A program made the translations under genes and the position numbers. From Carcharhinus longimanus (lineage: Eukaryota), in the NCBI GenBank assembly GCA_030264375.1, contig JASCQW010000043.1:72187124-72251123 (forward strand): a DNA stretch of 64,000 nt, written 5' to 3'. The notes under the pieces are model-generated. The model saw nothing but the letters and a program-made list of their open reading frames with translations. It had not been told where the DNA came from and made no database searches. Shown here piece by piece: positions 13,662-26,750 of the stretch. Each line of letters starts with the position of its first letter. The stretch's first letter is position 1.

Positions 13662-15754
13662 NNNNNNNNNNNNNNNNNNNNNNNNNNNNNNNNNNNNNNN
13701 NNNNNNNNNNNNNNNNNNNNNNNNNNNNNNNNNNNNNNNNNNNNNNNNNNNNNNNNNNNNNCCCCTTTCAATGTGTGGAAGGCCTGCCTGAGGCCAATGA
13801 ACACTTCTGACATCAGTAACTGAATGAAGGGCAGCCATCCCTCCAGATTTTTTAGCTAGGGGGCAGGGACCATAGTGCTCCGTTAAGTCCAGTTCATAAA
13901 GTTGCAGCTGAGATGGTGACCATTTGGCCCATCATACCCGTGCTAGCTGCAAAAAAAAGCTATCTGACCTCATATCACTTTACTGCTTTTGTCCTTCTTA
14001 AACCACATTTTAGCAATAGTCATGATATAATCCTAAAGTCCTCTCACCAGCCATGTATTCAGTTGAACTACCTCTTATTTCTGCACACAGTAGGCGTAAT
14101 CTTGAGATGTCTAACTTTGGTACTTGCTTTTTAATTTGTTTCCTAGCTTCCTAAAATCTGCCTGTAGGACCTCATTCCTCTTTCTATCTACATCATTGGA
14201 ACAATTTGGACCATGGCTGCTGGCTGCTCACCCATCCCTCTCAGAATATTCTGCAGCCACTTAGTAACAGCCTTGACCCTGGAATTGGGTGGCTGCAGAA
14301 ATGCCTGTCTCATCTCCTAGCCAGTGAATCTCCTTTCACTATTGTTTTCCTGACTCTCCTCCTCCACACTTCCTGCAGAACTGACCCACCCATGATGTTG
14401 TGAACTTGGATCTGACTGTATTCTTTTGAGTTGAACATTGGTTGGAGAAAGAGCCACCTCACTGCCTGTCTGGATTTCCTGACAGTCACCCATTCCCTCT
14501 CTCATTCTTAAACTATTGAGTCACCACTTCTTGAAATGTGTTGTCCATGTAGCTAACAGTTTTGCAGATGCACCACAGTGAGACCAGCTGCAGCTCTGAA
14601 ACCGGAGTGAGAGATCCTCCAGATGACAGCACTTCCTGCACTTGTGGTTGTGACGGGAGGTGTCCTGGAGTTTCCACATGGCACACTATGTACATCTGAC
14701 AGGATTGAGGTGTTCTACCATCCACCTATTTAATAGACTGACTGAACTTAACAGAAATAAATTAAAGATCAATAAAAGGATCCTCACCAGCAGTCTGCTC
14801 CTTTCCTTTTACTGATTCCATTTTCATGTTCCTTTTGGCTCACACCTCATGCTCACACTCCCTCTGGGCTCCGGTCACTCTGCTGCTACGACTCCATTCC
14901 ATCTATGGTCCTTATAACTGGCTTTGGTCCATGTGCTGCTCTCCACTAAACTTCTTTAGGTTCATGTTCCTTACTTCCAGCTCTGGTCTCCGTGTNNNNN
15001 NNNNNTGTTATTTCAGCCTCAAACTCCTTAAGATTCATGCTCCTTTCCTCAGAGCTCCCCAGTTTATTTAATTTCCTGAACTTAAATACTAGAACTGCAA
15101 TGATGAGATGTCTCTGGAGCAATAGCCTGGCTCCATGGATAACTAGTTCAGTAAGTTAACACTATGTTACCCCTCATTATTTTTGTACTTGTAAGTATTT
15201 CTGGAATGAGTTAAATCCGATCATAAATCTATGTTAAAACAAAATCTGCATAGTACCAGTGAGAACATTCATAATGTGGGACATTACTTATCATCCGTCC
15301 AAACTCTCCATACTCATCTTAGCTCTGCTACCTGCAGAACTATTCTTCCTTAGATATTATCGATTCCTTCAAGTTCTATTGTCTACCATCATGAGCATGC
15401 TGTTCCCCCTTATTATGTGAGAGATTTCCCTTTAGCAATAAGAGTGGTGTTGACAGAAGAACTTCCTTCCTGCAGATTGACACCTTTCCCATCGTGGTAT
15501 GTGCAGAGTAATGTGTTCTTCATCTCAAGTTGAAGCAAGTTATTTTAACCATTTATGTTCAATCCTAAGGTCACTGTCAGGGTGACAAGGATGAGCTTGG
15601 TACGTAACACTTTAGGAAACTCTCGTGGAACTGAACTTGTTCATACCATTATGAGCTTTCAGCAATATTGATTGTGTAAACAAAACATTTACATGGCAGC
15701 AGTGACAGCGCTTCAGGAATAATTCAATGGTTATAAATCGTCCTGGGATGTCTT

Positions 15755-16100
15755 CTTTTATTTGTTCTTGGAATGTGGGCATTGTTGGCAAGACCAACAT
15801 TTGTTCCCCATCCCGAATTGCCCTTGAGCAGTTGGCAGTCAGCTACCTTCCTGAACTGTAGTGTAGACACAGCAATGGTGCTGCTGAAAAGGGAGTTTCC
15901 ATGATTTTGACCCAGCCACAGTAAAGGAACAGTGACATAGTTCCAAATCAGGATGATATGTGGCCTGGAGGGGAATCTGTAGGCGATAGCATCCCTAAGT
16001 ACCTGCTGCTCTTGTCTTTGAGATGGAAGAAATCACCGATTTGGAAGGTATAGCTGAAGGAGTCTTGGCAAGTAGCTGCAGTGCCTCTTTACAGATGGGA
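15755..16100 (-). mobile_element. CR1/L2-group LINE 3' end
   Basis: Same 3' sequence (gatgtgggcatc..catttattgcccatcc..ttgcccttgag) as copies at 36385, 54330 and 62170. Confidence 0.7.
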
Positions 16101-16619
16101 CAGAGGTATAGAGGAATTGGTAAGAAACTATGTAAATGTAAACATTTTTGTGCTCTTAAAAAGCTTGTTACTTAACTTACAAGATGCACCCAGAACTAGA
16201 AAACATGAATATGAGGCTTGATGGACCAAGTGCACTTTCCAATCAATTATTTTTAAAATGGATCAGAAGTTAAAAGGTTTATTAAAACGTATCTTTAATT
16301 TCAGCAATTATAGTTAACTTGTATTCATCAATTCTTTAAAAAAGAGAAAAGAATTGGATTAAAATTTGCTGACATTGGAACTGAACAAAAATAATTCAAC
16401 TACTAAGTTATATCCCTGCTATACATATTTATATTTTTGTTACAAATAAATATACTTTAAAATTATCATTAATATGTATACTGACACAAAAATACAGTGA
16501 TGAATTTTAAGAGCAAGCCAGAGAGGGAGCACTAAGAGAGCAGTGAAATTTGAAAGAGTAAAACTGAAGGCAGAGTATTCATGATGAAAAAATAGGATTA
16601 GTAGAAAAGATACTGCAAG

Positions 16620-17110
16620 CAATTTTAATCTTCATACAGATTGGATGAATCAAATTGGCATAGGTAGCCTGAAAGATGAGATCATAGCGTATATTTGGGA
16701 CAATTTCTTAGAGCTGTACATTCTAGAGTCAACTGGCAAGCAGGATATTTCAGACTTAGTAACGTATAATATGACAGTATTAGTTAATGATTCCATTGTC
16801 AGGGAGCCTCTAGGCAACAGTGATCATAACCTGATGTAATTTCACTATTAGGCTAAGAGTGAGAAAGTGGGTCTAAGACGAGTGTCTTAAGCTTAATTAA
16901 AGGTAATTACAAGAGTATGAAGACAAGAGTTGGCTAAAGTAGATCAGGAAAATAGGTTAAAACATTGGATTGTAGAGAGGCAGTAGTAGACATTCAAGCA
17001 AATATTTTATAACTTTCAATAATACTACTGAGAGGAAAACGCTATGAGAAAGATGCACCATCCATGGCTAATTCAGTAAGTTAGGAATTGTATCAAATTG
17101 AAAGGAAGTA
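16620..17110 (+). mobile_element. CR1 LINE ORF2 fragment (endonuclease C-terminus)
   Basis: FNLHTDW..DNFLE..VREPLGNSDHN, then PWL motif. Confidence 0.85.
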
Positions 17111-17270
17111 CAGACAGCTATCAGGATCGTGGACAGACTCCTCCCTGATGTTTTAACCAGAACAGTGGGGACCACGGTGCCCAATAAAATTCAGCCCAAT
17201 GTATCAGATGTCTTCACTTCACAAAAGACGTTCTCACTAAAATCTGCCTTCGGTAGAAGTCACAGCCTCA

Positions 17271-18365
17271 GAGCAATATTCCCAGCCTGTGGCACTGCTT
17301 TTGTAGCGCAGCAGGCTGGGAGACTCTAGCAGAGGCCATTTCGCGGGCTCCCACTGGGTGCTACAGTCTTTCTGCATCTCCAGCACTTGGATTTCCAATG
17401 TCATCAGCTCTGTACCGGAAATATGCGCGGAGCTGCATAATTTATGTTAATGCTAATCTGCATGTACTTTAAATATGATTAGCAGGCCCAAGACTGAAAT
17501 CCCTGGGCCTGGTAGCCTCTTCCTCCTCCCCCATCCCACCAGTCGTGTTTCACTCCAGGGGAGTTTATTATAGCTCCCACTTGCAGGGAGCTGGAACCCA
17601 ACCCTGCTGGAGTGAAAGTGGGGAGGCAATTGAGACCCCCCAGAGGGTCAGGCGCTGCGTGTGTGCCCCCAGGTATTGCCACCTTGGCAGTGCCAGTCTG
17701 GACCCTGGTACTGCCCAATGGGCCAAGTGCCAATGCCCAGGGGGCATCCTGGCATTTCCCACTGGGTATGGGGCAGTGCCAAAGGGGCTAGGATTAATGG
17801 TGGGCCCAGATGGGAGTGGGGCCTCTGGGGATAATCGGTGAGGGTGAGTGGTCCTGTTGCCATTCTGCACTCAGGATGAGAGACAAAGTGAGGGAGGCCA
17901 GCAATCAGGGCTGGCCATCGAGTGGTGCAGGGGGGTTGCAGGGCTGCAGAGGGGTCAAGGCTCCTGGTAGGGGGATGGAATCAGTGAGGGGGGAAATCAG
18001 CAGATTGTGGCTGTGGGAGGGATCGAGGCTGGCCCAGGCATATTTGGGGGGGCCAGCAATCAGGCTGTGGGAGGTGTGGGGGTGGGAAGGTTGGCGATTA
18101 GGAGGCTGGCAGACAGGGGCCACTGTGCATGCACCAATCTCAGTGCTGATAGATTGCCACATGCACAATGGCCCGCTCAGTGCTATGCTGCTGGCCTCTC
18201 GAATGGGAACAGGCCCCACGCACTGATTTTTAACGGGATTCACACCATTGCACTCTGCAGTGCGCAGAGTGTGGGAAGTTCATTTTGAAAGTCCCGTTAA
18301 AAAAAAAGCGGGATTTACTCCAGTCTATGAATTTGACACTTAGAAATCTTTTGGGAAAATCGCCT
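17271..18365 (+). mobile_element. Non-autonomous DNA transposon, about 1.1 kb with GC-rich core
   Basis: TIR-like gagcaatattccc / gggaaaatcgcct; collinear homology with 26751-27811 and 56561-57630. Confidence 0.8.
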
Positions 18366-19758
18366 CTGACCCATTGAATGAAGGTTACCATGGTGACAAA
18401 CTTCCAGGCCGGAGCAGGTACAATTTACAGCATCTCCCACATTGTCCACTGTTACACAAGGGAGATCACTGAAGTTCCACCTTGGAAGATAGCTGAATAC
18501 ATTTCAGCTGCTTGGTAGTGCAGAACTTGAATATTGCTGAAAATATTACCAAAGCTTTTGTCTCACATTCCTCAAGACAAACATAAGAATGCCAAACTTC
18601 AAGCAATCATAACAATTCATAGCACAGGAGATAAGGTAAGATTGAAACGGACTTCTCTATGATTCTGGGGAATATCTAGCCACAGTGTGGAAATATATCC
18701 AGGGGGTGTCCCAGTTGTAAGATCCTGACCAGGGTAAGGAGCAGCTTAGTGAATCCACGCAAAGAGAAGGGAGGCAAGATTGTTCACAGCAACTGTTCCT
18801 AGCTTTCATCAATACTATTATAATAAATAATCTTGGACCATCATTTCTGGGCCTTTTTCAAATATGTGCCTTAGTGTGGATAATATTATTTTGTTGGCAG
18901 ACTCAGCTGAATTCATTTCACTCACCATCAATTTGGGGTTAAAAAGCAGATCGCTGAAAAACTGCATTATAAAATGTCAAAAATCTAAATCTCCAGTGAT
19001 GTCTTCCCCCAAACCCTCCATGAAATAAATGACACTCATATCTCTCTTTTGAAGTCTAAATCTAGAGCAACAATGCATTTTTGTGTTCTTCATTTGTTTT
19101 ATCTTTGTGCTTAAAGATTAGAACTGATGAAATATTGGGTGTTCCTGGATCTTAAAACAAGCTTATGTTCCAATGCTCTCTCATTGTAATTACTTTTCAG
19201 ATGTCATAGGTGAGGCTGTCACATTTCACAGACAAACATATTGGAATTCAAATATGTGATCCAAAACCCCATTAAAATTCTGGAATCCAACATAATAAAA
19301 AGGAAATTAATCTTTAGTCATCGTAAAGCTATGGCCATTTGAAGAGTTTAACTTAGGACTGTTTTAAGGTTGCCAGTTTTATTGTGCCTGCTGCAGTTTT
19401 TTTTAAACAGTTTCTTAATTGTACAGACTGTCATGTAGGGGAGTTGACATTGTGCTGTGCAATATGAACACTTATTTTTATACAGGAACATGTTTATTCC
19501 ACAAAGTGTGTTTTCAATTCTTTTGATGGAAAAAGATGGAGCTTAATCTTTAATGAATTGCTGATGATTGCTCCAGAAAATTAAACAATGGCCCAGATCC
19601 GCTCGTCTCCAGATATCGTACCCAGGAGGTATGCTGGAAGATGCACTGTGGGACCCCCTGGAAATCCCAATGCAAGGATCCCACAGGGAATTGCCCAGGA
19701 AGTTTCAACTTCCATTGGGCAATGCTCCCGCATCTGCCACCCTCCAAAACTGAGTTAG

Positions 19759-19882
19759 AGGTTGGAATTTTACTGGACACCTGCTCCGGAATTGGGGCGG
19801 GGAGGCTCGCAGAACGGCATTCCCCATTGGCCTCAGGCGGGATCTTATGAGCCTCGGGCGGGCGAGGAGGTAAAATTCCAGT
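19759..19882. mobile_element. Short MITE nested in an older element (about 19590-20590)
   Basis: ttggaattttac / gtaaaattccag inverted termini. Confidence 0.65.
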
Positions 19883-20734
19883 AAAAGTCAGAGACTTTGG
19901 ATGGTTCTGACTCAATATCAGAATAGTCACACAGGAAAACTTAGTTAAAACCAGTTCTATCTTCTGGGTGACTATAATACTGCCACCCCTCTGCCCTGAC
20001 TCTTCCCCCATGATGCTCCACTGAGCCCTAGCCCCCCAGCCCCTGACTACTCAAACCCCCAGCTATCCCCCAAACCCCACAATTAGTTCTTATCCCATCT
20101 ACTTCCCTCAACCCTGTCTATCCCCCTACCCTTGGACTACTTCCCCAACCCCCAGCTATCCCTCTGACCACCCAGTTACCCCCTAATTACCACCACAACC
20201 ATCGAACTACCCATCCATCCCTGACTACCTCGAACAACCTCCAACCACCTCTTCAATCTGCATACACCCCCAATACACCATGACCACCTGTCAACCAACC
20301 CTCTACCCCATCACCTACCTACCTGCCATCCTACTCCTCACCCACTTACCTTACACACTTACCTTCTCTCCATAGTTTCTCAAAGTTACTTTGGGGCATT
20401 TAAATTTACTGGAATATGGCATCTAATGATGTTAAAGAAAGAGATATGGCTCAGTTTCTCCTGAACTCCAAGACTATGAAGGAAGGACGCCCAGACAGGT
20501 ATGTTCCACACTTTTCAGGAAGCCCAATGTGAAGTCCAGGTCTTCATTCCAAAGTAAGTGAACAGGAGCTGGCAATCCAAGTGTGGTGAGCAAGGCTTTT
20601 CACCAAATCTACCATTGATTTCCTTCAAAATATTAGAGACTGATGATTTGATTGATCTATTTCAGTTATTGATTGTGCTGCTGAAGGATTGAATTGTTAT
20701 GTACATACTTTTGATGAATTTGAACTATTCCTAG

Positions 20735-20923
20735 GTCCTTCTTCAGTAATCAGCACTGATGATGATTCTGCCAGTCCATTGCATCATGTAACTAACGGCA
20801 GCAACACTCCATCCTCCTCAGAAGGTGGACCTGATGCAGTTATCATTGGCATGACGAAGATCCCTGTGATTGAAAACCCGCAGTACTTCAGGAATTCTCA
20901 TGGTTTACTCAAACCCGACACTT
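20735..20923 (+). CDS. NTRK2: TrkB juxtamembrane exon (Shc/PTB NPQY site)
   Basis: ttcctag|gt acceptor and act t|gtgagt donor; 189 nt, phase 1/1. Translates (G)[62 protein letters not shown], matching recalled Trk[56 protein letters not shown] at 20875-20886. Confidence 0.97.
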
Positions 20924-21019
20924 GTGAGTATCTCATTATGAGCAGATTACAAAGTGTAAATGTATGGAAAGCTTGGTGTGTGCCTGTATTGGTCAAAAGT
21001 TTCTACTAGATTGAATAAG

Positions 21020-21663
21020 CTACACCAAGTTACAGTTCCTAACTACACCAAGTTACTGCTCCTAACTATACCAAGTTATTGCTCTTAACTACACTAAGTT
21101 ACCGCTCCTAACTACGCCAAGTTACTGCTTCAAACTAAACCAAATTACCATTCCTAACTACACCAAGTTACTGCTCCTAACTCCAGCAAGTTGCTGCTCC
21201 AAATTATACGAAGTTATTGCTCCTAACTACACCGTGTTACTGCTCCTAACTACACCAAGTTACTGCCCCTAACTACACCAAGTTACCAGTCCTAACTACA
21301 GGAAGTTACTATTCCTAACTACACCATGTTACCGTTCCTAACTACACCAAATTTGCCGCTCCTAATTACATGAAGTTATTGCTCCTAACTACAACACATT
21401 ACCACTTCTAACTACACCAAGTTACAGCTCCTAACTATACCAAGTTTGGTATGGTTATGGTTACACAATATGCTTTNNNNNNNNNNNNNNNNNNNNNNNN
21501 NNNNNNNNNNNNNNNNNNNNNNNNNNNNNNNNNNNNNNCTGTATAACGCGCAAGAAACAATACTTTTCACTGTATGTTAATACATATGACAATAATAAAT
21601 CAAATCAAATCAAAACAAAGTTACAGTTCCTAACTGCACCAAGTTAACGGCTCCTAACTACAA
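21020..21663 (+). repeat. 23-bp minisatellite (about 20 units) interrupted by a LINE 3' end and a gap
   Basis: Unit ctacaccaagttactgctcctaa at 21020-21446, resuming at 21617-21663. Confidence 0.95.
21539..21615 (+). mobile_element. LINE 3' end with AATAAA and (atcaa)n tail
   Basis: Reverse-complement homolog at about 29750-29880. Confidence 0.7.
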
Positions 21664-22159
21664 CTGGGAATATTTTTAAAGAAAAAAATTAAAAAGAAGC
21701 ATTCCAAAACACTTCCTGATTGCATTGGTTTATGGTAGATTTTACGTTTAGCAACGTGCAAATTAGTTTGAGCGGAAACAAACATCTCTCGAAATGATTG
21801 CAATTTTAACCGTGATTTGTCCTTGGATTGCTGATTTTCAGTTAAATGGAAACACTATATAAAAATGGCTAAATCTTGTTGGGAAAAGATTAAATGCACT
21901 ACAGCTTTAACATAATTGGAAGTAGCGCAATGCCTGAAACCACAGTAACTTTAGATAATCAAACAGGACCTTCTATTAGTTGATTGCATTGAACACTTCT
22001 GGGCCAATAATCCACTCCTCTTACAATGCAGTCCCATCATAACTCTTGTGGAAGCAACTGAAATTACACTGAAATGCAGACGTAGCAGAACCTGAGCTTC
22101 CCTGGTAGGTAATGAAGCAGATCACCTTATGCCACAATTTAAAGTAATTTTGAGAAAAA

Positions 22160-22610
22160 AGCTTGCATTGGTATAACACTTTTCATAACCGGTTGCTATC
22201 ACAAAGTTCTTTATAGCTAATTAAATACTTCTGAACGTATTGTTGGAAACCCAGCAGCCAGTAAACACACAGCAAACTTTCACAAACAATGAAGTTCCAC
22301 AAACAGCAAACTTTCACGAACTGAAATCTGATAATGGCCAGATGGTCCTTTTTTGTGATGTGCTTAGTGGCAAATATTGGCCAGGACACCAGGGATAACT
22401 CCCCCACTCTTCTTTGAAATAGTGCCATAGGATCACTTACATCCACCCAAACAGATTGATGGGTCCTTGTCTTGGTGTCACATCTGAAACACAACAACTC
22501 CAATAGTGCAGCACTGCCTCCATATTGCACTGGAGTGGATTTTTGTGCTTAAACCCTGGAGTGAGACTTGAATCCAGAAGCTTGTGATGCCCAGGCAAGA
22601 GTGTAACTAA
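22160..22610 (-). mobile_element. DeuSINE (SacSINE1-like)
   Basis: Deu-domain-like aaatattggccaggacaccagggataactccc..cttctttgaaatagtgccat; related copies at about 39445-39845 (+), 48070-48300 (+) and 50490-50895 (-). Confidence 0.75.
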
Positions 22611-22611
22611 C

Positions 22612-22931
22612 TTAAAAAAAAGTTTAAAGTTTTTTTGTTAGTGTCATAAATAGGCTTACATTCACACTGCAATGAAACTACAGTAAAAATCCCCTAGTTG
22701 CCACATTCCTGTGCCTGTTCAGGTACACTGAGGGAGAATTTAGCACAGCCAATTCGCCTAACCTGCACATCTTTCATACTGTGGGATGAAACCGGAGCAC
22801 CCAGAGGAAACCCACGTAGACACAGTGAGAATGTGCAAACTCCACACAGACAGTGATCCAAGCTGGGAATCGAACCTGGGTTCCTGGCACTGTGAGGCAT
22901 TAGGGCTAACCACTGTGCCACCGTGCTGCCC
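22612..22931 (-). mobile_element. Full-length V-SINE with alternative 3' tail
   Basis: Head gggcagcacggtggcacagtggttagc with B-box ggttcgattcc; tail differs from HE1 and matches the copy at 49895-50196. Confidence 0.9.
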
Positions 22932-24224
22932 CTTTGGAGTGAATGGTTACTTTAAGCATTGTATTTTTGGTTCAAGTGAAGTCAGCAAATGGGAGTCAAT
23001 GCAAAATTGACTGTGAATCCACTATTGCCTAGCAGTTAAAGTGAAAGTTCAACTCTGGAGGGAGAAAATATTTTGTAAGCGACCCAACACAAGTGTAGCC
23101 CGATTCCCTGTGAGCAGATAGTACCACAACTACCTAACTAACTCACAAGTGTTTCCTCATTTATATCATTGAAGGAACCAATGTGAGCTGCACATGTATT
23201 TGCCTGCAGCACTATATGCTCCTGGGGAAATGATGTAACCTGGGTATTGACTTTTTACCTATTTAAAGTTGTTTGTTCAGTACAATGTGGGAAGGTGCAG
23301 GACGGAAGACGTAAAATGATTTCATCAACAGTTTTTATTACATAATAACATTTTATTGTGTTACAAAATATGCCACATTTTCAAATGTCAAATTATATTT
23401 TAATATTTTCTCTTTAATATAATATGCAGAAACATGTACGGGAGAAATGCAAATTTTCCCACAGTCAGCAAGGCTGTACATTCATGTACTAAACATGAAT
23501 GTTTGGTCTTAGCATTTGAGACCCTAAACATTGTTATTTTAAAACATAAGAGTAGTATAACCTTTGATTTACATTAGGTTTGCCTCTAACACAGTAATTC
23601 TCACAGAACTTGAATTATTTAAATACAACCAGATCAACAGCGTAAGAGTTCTTTGAAAATGTCGTACCTTAAGTCAGTGATGAGGGGAAGGTGAAAATCA
23701 GCATCATTCATGGTTTAAAGGCCAGACAGAAGATGGGGAGCCATCTAATGATTCCCTGTTTTAACATGCCAATACAAATGAACTCAGTTTGATAAATTTG
23801 CCTGTAAAGCAAACGCAGACAGTTGCATATGGAGTAGTTATTGATGATGAGAAGATGAAGGGAATTTCAATAACACTGTAACTGCAGTGCAGAAATGTCC
23901 AGCACAACTGCAATATTTTACACAAAATCAATTACCTCCATTAGCACAAAAAAGTCCTTTACTGTTTTTCAGTAGATCCTGTTTTATTACTTTTCATAGG
24001 AAGATTTCACCCCACCTTGGGAGGAGGTGAATAAATCTTCAAAGAATAATGCCAGCTGCAGGGGAAAGTTTTAGTCGATATCAGGTCAATATTTTTTTAA
24101 ATCTGTCAGCAACAAATTGAGGGAAAAACATACTCAGCTTTTAATTTCTTTAAAGTACATGATGTGGTAAATCAAAAAAAAGTTTGATTAAAAGGAAATG
24201 TCTGAACTGTTCCTCTGGCCACAT

Positions 24225-26150
24225 GTGGTATTTTATTGCTCCAGGCGCAGTCTGAAAATAATGGGGGATGTGAAGACTGCCATCCTGTCTCGCTACTCAA
24301 TGGCAGTTCTGGATGAAATTTTCACTGTGATGACAGGAAACAAGAGCTGGGTCTGTTTTTGAGTTAGATATCCACTTCTGGTGAGTCCAGATTTGGTGTG
24401 GAGCTAGGTTTCCTGTCCACTTAGAGTCTGTGGTAGTATGAATGGACATGGACCTGCTGAACTGTGTGACTCATTCGGACAGCCCATAGCAGCCATCCTT
24501 GCTGACATCCTGAGGGAGAGATCTACAGTTGGTACCAAAGCCTTCCACTTCAGAGGGATGTGAGATGTTACTGAGGAGCCAGAGGCCTAGCACCCAGGGC
24601 AGGACAGACCCTCACTTCATCAAAGCTGAGTTGAATCCAATTCTGGAGGCCGTGAGAGAGGGGAGGGAGATCCTCCTCCAAGACATCGGTAGGGGGAGGC
24701 CACTTTTTCATGCAGCTGGAACACTGTTCTGTTCAGGATCATTTCTCTGCATCTCCTCTTTTCTACTCTCTCACCTCCTGTTCCTACTCTTCTCCAATGA
24801 GCTGCCTTTAACCAGGGCCTTACTGCCCTCAAGGTCCACATCTCTCTGAAGGGCCACTTTATGCAAAATTCATCACTCAACTGATATGGGCACCAAAATC
24901 AAATCTTCAGAGGCCAGGTGGCCTGTTCAATGGTTGTCCTGCTGAGCATGCGGCATTGGTTGTATCATTTTGTGTCTCTGCCTGGGCTCTGGCAGAGGAG
25001 GTAATAGCCATCTCTTTGTCCTGTAGGATCCACCCACACACATTGAGGTTGGGGTGAAGAATGAAGGAGTCATGGCGGCTGCCCGGAATTTGAGTAGACA
25101 CATGTAGGTAACTCTTGTGGTGGTTGCAGATCATTTGGCATTGAGGGAGTGGAAGCTCTACCATTGATGAACCCCACTATAGAGCCACTTGGTATGGTCA
25201 TATTGGTGAAATCATTGACTTCTTCACCTGGAGGAAGTCAGCGATAGAGGTGAAACCCACTGCCCTCTGAGGCCATATTGTCATTAAACAAATGTGCTGT
25301 CTAGCTCTGGCAAAGAGGACTTCCATGACCATGGAGATGCCACTAAAGTCCACAGTTAATGCTTAGAAGGAACTAGAAGTGAAGATGTTCAAGGTCACAC
25401 GACTTTGGCAGCCACTGGCAGGTCATGACAGCCAATGTTGCAAAGTGCGAGGTCTTTGGCAAGGAAGGCACAGATGTCTTTTAACATCTGCCTGGAGAGT
25501 CACAATCTCCTGCAGTGTTGTTTCGAGGTCATCTCCAATTACATTTCAAGTTTGGAGTTAATCCTGTGTGGACGGTTTGAGTTCTGTTGCCTTCCTGCCC
25601 CTCTTTCCTCTCCCATGCCCATGATTCTGCCTTTTCTGCAGGGACTGTTTCCTATCATTGCACAGGGTTCAAAATCTGACAGTGTGCCCCTATTGCTAGC
25701 TAGAGTCTTATTACTGGGCAAGTTTCCCCACCCTCAGTTATCCTTGGCGGCCTTGTGCCCTGTTCTTCTGCCCCACAGTAACGCCAGAGATGTCAATCCT
25801 GTTCAAAGCTGGTCGTTGAGTGCTCACTCTCCCTGTTACCCAGTGCCATGCCCCCTTTTATTTTGCTAACTGTCTTTAGGAGATGCCCAAAGGCTGCCAT
25901 GCTTGACTTCTCACTTTATGCCCACCTGCTCTCAACTGGTCAGCCTCTGACGATATGGGTAACCTGTGTGGCGCTACAAGCAAGAGAAGTTCAAACCTTT
26001 ACAAGTGCTACACAAGCTTTTATTGTGTCTAAATCGGCTTCATTTGGAAGGGGAGTGGGATTCCTGTCCCATCCTACCCTCATGCTGATGATCATTGTTG
26101 ATGCCTTGAAATTGACAGGCCCGTGCTCTGCTCCTGTAACCAGTTTGTAA
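24225..26150 (-). mobile_element. Deleted Harbinger/PIF transposon: transposase (-) convergent with Myb gene (+)
   Basis: - strand QMICNHHK..PGSRHDSFIL..GWILQDK (HARBI1-like); + strand DPHFIKAELNPILEAVREGREILLQDIGRGRP (Myb/SANT N-terminus). Confidence 0.8.
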
Positions 26151-26750
26151 ATGTGGTTGCTCCAATTTAGCTCTGGTTCTGTAGTGACCCTAGGGTATTG
26201 ATGCTTGGAGACTCGGCAACCGTACATTGAAGTCAAGGAAGATAGCTGGAATTTTTCTTGTTTCTGATGGTCATTCTGTGACACTGCAGCAAAACGAAAC
26301 ATCCAAAAGAACCAACTTAATTTGAGAAGCCTCCTCAAAGGCCTTCAAATGAGTGAAATTATTGGACCTTTACAAAAGTGATTGGCTTGATCAGGGGCAT
26401 AGCCATTTGTATTTAATACATTTTGTGGTTAAAATTTGCCATTTTTCATCCTGGTTTCAAAGATCTCAGATGAATTGCACTGATTATCACAGCCTGACAG
26501 AAATTCCTATCCCAATATATGCAAGCACCATGGCAGAAACACCTGACCCTGAGTGAACATCATTCTCGAATCAAGGGACATTGATGATGAGTACTTGCTG
26601 AATGAGATTATCTGCTGCTATGGCTTCTGTAGCCAATCTAACAGGGTAAAAGGAATGGCATTGCCAGTGAAATGTAAGGACATTTCCACCCCCTCCTCTG
26701 GAGTAAGGTCCTCATCCATCTTCTTTCACTTGAACCATGAAATATCAATG

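Noticed and set aside
21020-21446. CRISPR-like array
   Set aside because: Head-to-tail units with no unique spacers, in a vertebrate intron.
22860-22931. tRNA genes at SINE heads
   Set aside because: A/B-box heads continue into SINE bodies; they are not standalone tRNAs.
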